Assembly: GCA_964019425.1 (NCBI GenBank)
Contig: OZ025783.1
Coordinates: 806,001-870,000, forward strand
Length of the DNA stretch: 64,000 nt
Direction of reading: 5' to 3'
From: Flectonema sp. DT1601
Taxonomy: Eukaryota
The notes under the pieces were generated by a model. The model ran no database searches, was not told where the DNA came from, and saw nothing but the letters and a program-made list of their open reading frames with translations. Every line of letters begins with the position of its first letter. The first letter of the stretch is position 1. Shown piece by piece: positions 38,504-47,369 of this stretch. The position numbers and the translations under genes are program-made.

Positions 38504-40198
38504 ATGACTGCCGTGTTGCGGCGATTATCTGGAGATGTCGACTGGACCAAATGCGTGATGAGTGAAACACATGTAGCAGTTTGCTCTGCTGACACTTCTA
38601 TAAAAATATGTAACTATAAAACATCAAATGAGATACGAGAATTCGAAACCCCACTTGGGTGCGATACGTTTACTGTTGGAATCAATATACTCACGTGGAG
38701 CTGTTTCAACAGCGTTAATGTTGTAGACCTTCGTACTGAAGTTAGTAATAAATATTGCTGCTGTACCCGAAGTCCAGTTGTTAAAATGTCGATTGACAAT
38801 CACTTGAATATTATTATCATTACTGAAGATGAAATACTAACTTGGAATCCTTTCACTAATAGTGACTCTCAACCAACTCACGCCAGCGACTATTCAGTCG
38901 AAACTGGAATGTCAGTAGGGTCTTGTATGAGTTTGTCATCAGCAGTTGTGGATGGTGAAAATGAAAATCTGTTCCTTAATGCTGGCAGGCAGGCGTTGCT
39001 ACCTCAAGAGATTGATGACAGTAGACCTGGTCTGCAAGTCGATCCCTTAATGGTGTATAGTCAATTGTTGTATTCTCTTACTTGGATTGCAGTCTTCTCA
39101 TCGAAAGATGACTGTGAAAGTGGAATGCTGATGCTACGCTCAATTCCGTTGTGTGAATCTTGGGAAGTTCCATGTCTTCACTACTGTTTAGGAACACTCC
39201 CATCAGGTGAAGATATCGTAGTCATAATAAATGAACAGTATTGTCTGGAAGTTCATAATTTACCAGATTCTCCTGGATCCGAACAACCCAATAACGTCCC
39301 TGAACGGTTATTAAATTTAACAGACTACTGTCCTGGTGATGAAGCAGCCAGCGGTTGTTTAATTTCTCTACATGAGGCTAACGTTTACTTACTATTCTCA
39401 AAGTGTGGGAAGTTAATAATAATTGATATTACTAGTAAGCCTGTTGTTAAGGTTGATCTTAATATGTTCAAACCTGAAAACGGTCAACTAGTTGTTGCAA
39501 TGCATGCAAAGACTCTTATCACGTCAAGTGGTGTGGTGGTTGTGTCTGATGTTGTTACGAGTCGTGACATAGATCCCAGTTCTGAAGAGTTCTGGGAATT
39601 GAAAAATGCAGTCAGATCTAACACACAAGGTCATAATGAAATGTATGTAAAAGATAGAATTATGAAAGGAAAGTTACCAATTACATTTCAACTTGTGGCT
39701 GCTAAAGCAATTGAAAGCAGCCAATTAAAAAACAATCTCGAAAACTACAAAAATACCCTGCTGGAGCCTGCCAGAAACAGATTTAGTTTTCACGGTACGA
39801 ACCCAAAAAATATTCAAAGTATTATTCAAAAAGGTCTACTTCCATATGGTCATGTTTTATCATCCGCAAAGTGTCAGGTTGATGAGGGATATTTCGGATC
39901 TACTGAAAAAGGTATTTACGTATCTCGTTACATGGACTACGCTCTTCAGTATTCAAATAACGTTAAAGGACTATCTCCGGGTGACGTGGTTGATATTTTA
40001 ATGCTAACGACGGTCCTTGGAAGACCAAGGCATTTATCTGAAGCACTTGGACCTATTGACCCAACTGCTTTATATAACAGTCACATATCACCTAACGGAT
40101 TAGAATGGTATCTGTTCTCTGAGTGTCAATCTCATCCTCATAGATTACTAACAGTTAAGGCTGTTGATGATGAAAGAACCGCAGCCAATGACTTCTAA
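38504..40198 (+). CDS. PARP-like ADP-ribosyltransferase domain protein with a beta-rich (possibly propeller-like) N-terminus, 564 aa
   Basis: C-terminal FHGT..NIQSIIQKGL, GYFG...GIYVS..YALQYS and LEWYLF match the ART catalytic fold. The N-terminal VCSADTSIKI is only weakly WD40-like. Confidence 0.8.
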   Translation: MTAVLRRLSGDVDWTKCVMSETHVAVCSADTSIKICNYKTSNEIREFETPLGCDTFTVGINILTWSCFNSVNVVDLRTEVSNKYCCCTRSPVVKMSIDNHLNIIIITEDEILTWNPFTNSDSQPTHASDYSVETGMSVGSCMSLSSAVVDGENENLFLNAGRQALLPQEIDDSRPGLQVDPLMVYSQLLYSLTWIAVFSSKDDCESGMLMLRSIPLCESWEVPCLHYCLGTLPSGEDIVVIINEQYCLEVHNLPDSPGSEQPNNVPERLLNLTDYCPGDEAASGCLISLHEANVYLLFSKCGKLIIIDITSKPVVKVDLNMFKPENGQLVVAMHAKTLITSSGVVVVSDVVTSRDIDPSSEEFWELKNAVRSNTQGHNEMYVKDRIMKGKLPITFQLVAAKAIESSQLKNNLENYKNTLLEPARNRFSFHGTNPKNIQSIIQKGLLPYGHVLSSAKCQVDEGYFGSTEKGIYVSRYMDYALQYSNNVKGLSPGDVVDILMLTTVLGRPRHLSEALGPIDPTALYNSHISPNGLEWYLFSECQSHPHRLLTVKAVDDERTAANDF

Positions 40199-40299
40199 AT
40201 GGAAAAAAAAAAATGATATGTGAGGACTCTTACCCAGTAAATATTGTTTTTATCTTTTGACTGTTTTATCAAATTATTTTTATGTCAGGTACCTATAAA

Positions 40300-40884
40300 A
40301 TGTTTCGCGCCAGCGCAGCGAGACTAGTCAAACAGCCTTTGATTACAGGAGTCTTATCCAAAGTGTGGAGTGATGATGACTGTACCAATGTTATTATTGA
40401 CGGACAGCAATTCCAGATATCTGGTAAGATGAAAAACAATATTGAGGCCCACCTCAACAATAACGTTGAAGTACAATTGTATAAAGGAAAGAACAAAATT
40501 AAGACTCTGAGAAGTTTTAATGAAGAGTTTGTCCTTTTTTTTTCTTCTTCTTTTTTTTTTCCCCCTCTCCCTCAACAGAATGTAAATTTATTATACAACA
40601 ACCCAACCAACAGAGTATTAGAAAGCAAAGCGAATCACTTAAAGAATCTCTCGATAGCTGAGGCGGTTCTTAAGAGACCTGAATGTCGTTACATAGACGT
40701 GGACTCACTCTTTGGAGTATGTATTGTTTTCTCTAATTTGGTGGTCAGTTTTTGGTTATACACCCCACACACAAAATAAAAATAGACGCTCACTGAAGCC
40801 CGCGAACTCGTTAGCAAAGGAAGTAGTATTCGCGATGCAGCGGAGAAGGCTACTTTAAAATTCACACCGGAAGGAGAAGAGTAA
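40300..40884 (+). CDS. Hypothetical protein, probably mitochondrial, 142 aa, 3 exons
   Basis: N-terminus MFRASAARLVKQP. Exons 40300-40526, 40614-40716 and 40786-40884; introns 40527-40613 (GTTTGT..CCAACAG) and 40717-40785 (GTATGT..AAATAG) give an open frame ending ..KFTPEGEE*. Confidence 0.7.
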
Positions 40885-41413
40885 TAAGAGCCAAAGACTG
40901 CGAAAAAGTCATCTGAACAGAAATAGAATGAGGTTCGATTCGGAGGATTGTTGTTTTCAGAAATCGGACCTTTAGTCACAAAGTGATTTAGTTTGTTAGA
41001 TCTTTCTATCTTTAGACCTAGATTGAATCCCTCTCACTAGTAACCTTTCTATCGCACAGACTCTATCACAACACAGTCGTGAGTTTTCATTCTGTGTTGC
41101 CGGAAGAAGAATGGGAATCGAAAAAAAAAAGAAAAATAAGAAAAAGAGGAAAGTGTATATGGAAAGAAAAAAAAAGATGAGAGGAACGGAAAAAAGCAAC
41201 TAATGATTTCTTCCTTCTTCTTATTGACACGTGTGTCCCGTGGACACGTCGTCGGTTCTTTTTTTTAGCGATCGTTGCTACAGGCAAACCCGAGATGCAG
41301 GTTTTAGTCAATTATTCTCGTATAACGTTTTGTTGCAGTTGATATAAATTATCTTCTTTATTAAACAGAGGGAATAAAAGAGGGGTTTCCCCTCTCCACC
41401 CCGAAACCTAAAT

Positions 41414-43804
41414 ATGGAAGCACAAAGTGCCGGTGCGATCTCATCAAGAGATCCATCGGAAATCAGACTTCCAACAGATGAAAGGCACCCTGTTGTGCGA
41501 TCACTGTTTTCTCTTCGGTTCGTTTTATCATTTTTAATGTTAATAATGTACTGCTCTGGCATAGTTACTTGGAAGGTTTCTGCTGACACGGCGAGAGCTG
41601 TTGTTTACGACCTGACCGACAAGCTGCTAAAGGGAATCGGCAACCACGTGAAATCAGAACTACGTCAACACTTGGATGCAGCAGAAAAAATAACCGACAT
41701 GAACGCTGGGCTATTCCAGCAAGAGATTCTTCAGGTTGATGATATTGATGGTTTTATGAGTGCGTTTCTAATACAACTAAATTCGTTCGAAGGATGGGTA
41801 ACGACCGTTTCATTCACTACTGTTTCTGGTCATCTTTATGGTGTCTACCGCGATTACGGAGAAGTTAGAAAATGGGTTTCCGTAACCAACAGCGATACTG
41901 ACAATGTTATGCTTCTGGGATATGAGATAGACGGTACTACTGGTGAACAAAAAGATTTTTTATTTAGTGAACCCGACTACAACAGTACTCAAAGAGAATG
42001 GTATACAGTAATAAAACCTCCTGCTGTAAATGCTTCGTGGACGTCTGTTTATTTAATGGGAAATGGAAGTACTAATGGCAACATGCTGTCACAATCAAAT
42101 GTCTGTTTCGATAAGAATGGTGATATGCTTGGTGTTACTACTATCGATATGGCTTTGGGGTTTGCCGGTGAAATTCTGCAGGCGATTGAACTTCCGGAGG
42201 GATATTCATCGTTCGTCGTTGACGTTAGTCATCAGAATAGTGATGGTAATGATGAACCAGTTCTGATTGGTACTTCAGATAATTCTCAACTACTTCGACA
42301 AGTAGATGGTACTCAGTCACTCACTTTCATTCCTGTTTCAGACTCTGGACTTTGTAATGTACAGCGAACTCATGAGTGGGTTATTAAACATTTTACCAGT
42401 TGGAGCAATTTGTACAACAGAGAAAAAGATGCTGACTGCGCACACAGTGATGTAACAGGAGCCATTACGGTAAACGGTGTATCTAATTTCATGCTGATAG
42501 TAAACATAAATAGAGTAAATCTACACTGGGCTGTAGTCGTCCTCCTTCCCGAAGACATATTTCTCAGCTCATTCAACGCAACTACTAACTGGCTTCTCAT
42601 AATGTATATCTCTGTGTTAGTTTGTAAGGCAATCGTTTCTGGTGTTGTTGTTTATTTCTTTATTGCTCCTCTTCATAAGCTAGCGAAGGAATTAGAACTT
42701 TTAAGTACTCTTGAAACTGACGAGTCAGGAATCTCATTATCTCTGTGGAGTGAAATAAGACATTTGCAGCTTACATTTGTGCATTTGCTAGGACAAATGA
42801 AGATAATAAAATCGTATATGCCACAAGCACTGTTTCACGCACCAGACTCAAGAGATGGAGAGAGTAAAGTCGATGATAATATGTCGGATTCTAATACGAG
42901 TACAGTGTCGTCATTGCAAAAGCTTCCTCACTCTGCTCATTTATCGGCATCTGCTACAACCTTTGTAATCCCATTCAACGAAGAAGATAACGACACGCCA
43001 AAACTTAATAAAAGCAACATCTTTTCAAGGAGATTTGAATTCCGTAAGAAGATAGTTGTGATGAATATTTCTATTCGTTATTCATTCGGAAAACGTGAAA
43101 TTGATGTTCTTCACAAAGCTCACTGCAGAATGTTAGAAGACATCTGCCAAACAGTCAGGTGTTACGGAGGCTACTTAGATCACATTAGCAGTGATGATGT
43201 TGCAATCATGTGGGGAAGAGATTCAATACCAAGTCTCACTAAAATAACTGAAGCGAGTAGAGTTCTATCAAAGAAACAATTTAGTGGAACGATGACAATT
43301 GGTACAGCGATGTCATCAGGTGTCACGGGTACTATTGGAGGTGATTCAATCAGAGCTGTTGCTACTCTAACCAATGCTAGATACCATGCTTCGGTATTAG
43401 CACGTCTTGCAGTAGTTCATAACGTCTCCTTACTATTTTCGAGAAGGATTAGAGAGCAGGCAAGTATCGGGTGGAACTGGGAAGCCGTCGATGTCCTCGC
43501 ACTCGATGGGCATGTTGATATCGTTTACTGTTTAGAAGGTAAAAAGAACTTTCCTGCTCAAGACTGGTTGTATCAAATGGAAGAAGACTCAGTCAAGGAT
43601 ACGATTTCCGTAAATATGGAAGCGCTTTGTTTTGCAATTCGAAACCATGATCAGTCTGCTGCCACAATGTTAGTCGAGAAGCTTCGTCGACTGCCGTTAC
43701 CAGTTGAGAGACAGCTTACCTTTTCACACTTACAAAAGTTAGTTTCAGCTGAATGTACTCCAATTGCATTTGGGTTCAGTTTTTCAGGAGTAATGATCAC
43801 TTGA
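41414..43804 (+). CDS. Receptor-type protein: TM - dCache-like sensor - TM - HAMP-like linker - degenerate class III nucleotide cyclase domain, 796 aa
   Basis: Two TM helices flank about 330 aa containing YNSTQREWY..WTSVY..LGVTTID (dCache_1-like). These are followed by PLHKLAKEL..SEIRHLQLTF..KSYMP (HAMP/linker) and YGGYLDHISSDDVAIMWG (cyclase-like). Confidence 0.75.
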   Translation: MEAQSAGAISSRDPSEIRLPTDERHPVVRSLFSLRFVLSFLMLIMYCSGIVTWKVSADTARAVVYDLTDKLLKGIGNHVKSELRQHLDAAEKITDMNAGLFQQEILQVDDIDGFMSAFLIQLNSFEGWVTTVSFTTVSGHLYGVYRDYGEVRKWVSVTNSDTDNVMLLGYEIDGTTGEQKDFLFSEPDYNSTQREWYTVIKPPAVNASWTSVYLMGNGSTNGNMLSQSNVCFDKNGDMLGVTTIDMALGFAGEILQAIELPEGYSSFVVDVSHQNSDGNDEPVLIGTSDNSQLLRQVDGTQSLTFIPVSDSGLCNVQRTHEWVIKHFTSWSNLYNREKDADCAHSDVTGAITVNGVSNFMLIVNINRVNLHWAVVVLLPEDIFLSSFNATTNWLLIMYISVLVCKAIVSGVVVYFFIAPLHKLAKELELLSTLETDESGISLSLWSEIRHLQLTFVHLLGQMKIIKSYMPQALFHAPDSRDGESKVDDNMSDSNTSTVSSLQKLPHSAHLSASATTFVIPFNEEDNDTPKLNKSNIFSRRFEFRKKIVVMNISIRYSFGKREIDVLHKAHCRMLEDICQTVRCYGGYLDHISSDDVAIMWGRDSIPSLTKITEASRVLSKKQFSGTMTIGTAMSSGVTGTIGGDSIRAVATLTNARYHASVLARLAVVHNVSLLFSRRIREQASIGWNWEAVDVLALDGHVDIVYCLEGKKNFPAQDWLYQMEEDSVKDTISVNMEALCFAIRNHDQSAATMLVEKLRRLPLPVERQLTFSHLQKLVSAECTPIAFGFSFSGVMIT

Positions 43805-44229
43805 AAATTATCTGATTGTAAACAGAATGTATTCTTCAATCGGTTTTGAACGAAATTTACACAAAACCCATTTCACCTTCTTACACCAGCCAACCCAAAC
43901 ACAACTTCATACTGTTTGACACAATAGGAAGAGTGGAATGAATTCCCTCAAATATTAATCTTTTATTTTAAATAGTATGACATACCGGATCAATCAGAAT
44001 CGGAACTTTATTATGAGCGGAAATATTCCCCTCAGGCACATGTTTTGATTTTGTATGATGGTTTTTAATAAAAAAAAAAAGGTTTTGTCATAAATTTTCT
44101 TTCTTTTTTTCTTTCTTTTTTTTTGAAAGCCGTGTTAGTTATCTGTTTCAGGGTGTGGCGTCTCGTGTACATGACGATGACTTTGTTTTCTTAGTTGAAG
44201 TCGTTTTGTCGTTCTTGTTTGTTGGAGTA

Positions 44230-44367
44230 GTCTTTTCTGTTGAGTTAAAGGTAGGGTCGCACATTGATAAAGGAAACTGCTTTTTCTTCTTTTCGCTGTC
44301 TTTTCTGTTGAGTTAAAGGTAGGGTCGCACGTTGATAAAGGAATCTGCTTTTTCTTCTTTTCGCTGT
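44230..44367. repeat. 68-bp tandem duplication
   Basis: 44230-44297 and 44298-44365 (gtcttttctgttgagttaaaggtagggtcgcac...ttttcgct), two mismatches. Confidence 0.95.
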
Positions 44368-44509
44368 TGTGACTGTACAGTGTCTTGTATCAGTCTCTCT
44401 TATACGAAACGACCTCATATGTTGACGGGACTGTATTCAACCAGCAGCCTGGTTTCAGTGTGAACAACACAAAATTACCAACAATCTTTTTTTTTTTTTT
44501 TTTTTTTTG

Positions 44510-44612
44510 TACTTACAAACCCAATTGTTCGGTAGAAAGAGAATTGTAGCAGCGTGACAACCTGTTCCTTTATTAGAATTCTGTAAGGTTGCTCACGAAA
44601 AATACGAATAAA
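44510..44612 (-). repeat. Dispersed repeat copy B (about 100 bp, adjacent to poly-T)
   Basis: tacaaacccaattgttcggtagaaagagaattgtagcagcgtgacaacctgttcctttattagaattctgta, preceded by a long T run. Confidence 0.85.
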
Positions 44613-44965
44613 ATGACTGCAATAAATATCCTTGTGAACCTTCTACTGATGGGTGGAACACAATCTCTGCAAGTGAGTGGCCCTGATGAACTGCGACGAG
44701 GCTCATTGATGAGCTCTCGTGCAAGAGATGTGGGCACCGCTATTCTGAACAGTGTCTTGTGGAGACGCTTACAGAAAGGAAAGCGGCGCCATTCCTTATA
44801 CATCGATCGAATTGGGTGTGTCCAATTTGCGCCTACCGGTTGCACACAATCAACACAAAAGTGTGAAATGGTAAATAGTGCAGTTGGCCGATTCTTTTTT
44901 TTTTTTCAATCAACTTTCCCAAATTGCTTTTATTGCAGAATCTCACATATAGTATCCTTATTAGT

Positions 44966-44997
<32 letters not shown>

Positions 44998-45260
44998 GTT
45001 GAAACTAGAACAAGAAACCTTTATAAAAAGTTAATGACTTTTAGTTGTGTTCAACTGGGAATGATATTTTTTTTTCCCCCTTTTAGTGACACATTAAAAC
45101 TCTGGGGGTCTCATACTAATACTGATTAAAGTGTGTTTGCGTGATCTGTTAGCCAACCACGTGTATGACTGAACACGAGATTTCGTGTTCAGTCAAGTTT
45201 TTTTATTTTATTGAAATCATGTAGTAGTCAGGGCCATAAAAAATTTCGAGAAGGGGGGGG

Positions 45261-45292
<32 letters not shown>

Positions 45293-46149
45293 ATCTTCCA
45301 AAATGGTTGGATTCGTATTTGTTTATTATGTACAACAGTGGACAATAAAATGAGAAGAAACTAAAATCTACTCTCAACTATCAGTTGTTGTGTGTAGTGA
45401 TTATTTTTTTTTTAATTTTTTTTTTTTTTTTTATATGCGCCGCAATAAATGGTTTGTTTTATTTTTTGTTGTTATTTGAGTCTGTTACTGGTTTCATCTT
45501 AGGATCCCCGACGTAGCGCTAGTCATCTCATAGGTCGTGAGTGAGGTTGCTGAATTCGGATCCATTAGCAGTATTCCTTTTTTTTTTTTTTTTAGTTTTT
45601 TTTTTATTATTATTCAAATTCAACCTTCCCCAATATATTTCTCAGATTCCATATTCTAGTACTCTCTCTCTCTCTCTCTCTATGCGTCATTTCTTACCTT
45701 GTGCCTTTTTTTTTTTTTTTTTTTCTTCATTTTAGTTAAAGTGTTTCCTTCTTAACTTGCTTTTTTTGCAGTGCAGCGTAGCCAAGCGTGAATTCAACAT
45801 TGACTGTCTGCACGTATCGTTTATTGTTTGGTTTGTTTTGTCAAACTTTTTATTTTTTATTTTTATATTTATTAGTCTTCACTTAAGTACGTACTGCTAC
45901 TAAGGAAAAACTACTTGCTCAATAATAGGGCCTCGAAATAGAGGACCGAGTAATGAACCTTTACATACCTTTGTCCAAATACAACCAGGCAGCCAAATTG
46001 ACTGCACGTTTTAATTACAGTTGTCCGAAACAAGAAAATAACAATACGCAGTGGGATACAGTCTGCTTCCCTCCATTGGTAGATAACTGCTTTATTTATT
46101 TAATGAGAAAAAAAGTGAATAAGTGCTATTTTTGTGACTGGAGCAGGGG

Positions 46150-47369
46150 GGGGTACAAGCTGTCGATAACGTACTTTTTCCGAATTTTGGTAAATATAAC
46201 CTTCCCGGGGGCAAAAATTACCCAGGACCCCATCAGAACCCCCAAAAATGTGATTTCGGGGCCGAAAAAACCTCGATTTGGCTGATTTCGGCAAAGGAAT
46301 GAAAAAATCTCAAAAAGTGTGGACCGTGTGGTACCTGGGCAATTTTGAGGACTGTGAAATGCACCTTCAAATAATCTTTTTTTACAATGAGAAGAGGTGA
46401 CCTTGGTGTGTCCCTGTGCATGCAGTGTGCTAATATGCCATTTCCGTATCAGTTTCCGCCCCAAGAACACGCCACGAAAAAGAGCAGCACTCTCGCGCGG
46501 CCATGCTTGAGGCTACGAGGCTCACGGGCAGGATAACGCAGCGGAAAACGACGTTCTGCAGGGCAGCTCACAAAGTCATTCTGCGGAGGAGAGCATTGAT
46601 CCCAGAGTGCATGAAAACACCTCCCGAGGCATCCCTGAAGTCACTCAACAGCACTTGGACAGTCAGAAGCAAGATACGCGTGAGAAAGGGGTCCAAAAAC
46701 GTCCAGTATCTGAATCGTGAGACAGAAGGCTCACAGAATAGACAAAGCGCCACGTCTGTACCCCAAACAGGGATAAGCCTGAAGACAGCTGTAGTGGTAG
46801 TGCGTCAAATAGTAGTGCCATAGGTAAGCAGCAGCGACATAGGGCAACATGCCCTCTGCCATCTGTATCCAAGGATTGATGCTCTGTCTATCTTGTACAG
46901 AAAGAAGCACAGCTTCGAGCCGAATTTCAAAAGCTGAGCACATGGGATGCTCAAGAGAAGGCCAGTAGCCTAAACATCGGACATGGGGGAATTAACAAGC
47001 CCGGTCTGGTGGAGCAGATAATTAAGGTTCAAATCAGGTCGATAAAAATAAAAATTGAGTTCCCATTTCATCTCCCACTCGGAAGGAAACCCTAAATATG
47101 GATTGCTCAATGCACGGAAAATTACTTATAATTTTTGTGAGCCCTCCTAATACACCCCTTGTTTTCACCCCCCTCAGGTACCACGGTCCACACTTTTTGA
47201 GATTTTTCAAAGACTTGTTCTAAAGTGCCGAAGAACTGTTTCTTTGGATCGCAATCCCCATTTTGGGGGTATATGTTATACTTTTCATAATATGGGTGCC
47301 CAAAAAACTTGTTCTCCGGGAAAAAACCGAAAGTGCCCAAAATCTCCGTAAAATCGATGCTTGTACCCC
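46150..47369. mobile_element. Putative non-autonomous DNA transposon with about 190-bp imperfect terminal inverted repeats
   Basis: Termini GGGGTACAAGC (46150) and GCTTGTACCCC (47369). Inner blocks aaaaatctcaaaaagtgtggaccgtgtggtacctg (to 46337) and caggtaccacggtccacactttttgagattttt (from 47175) are reverse complements with a 2-bp indel. The interior is GC-richer than the flanks. No TSD or transposase was recognised. Confidence 0.7.

Noticed and set aside
46503..46943. ORFs inside the TIR element as a transposase
   Set aside because: Short, with no DDE or zinc-finger motif recognised.
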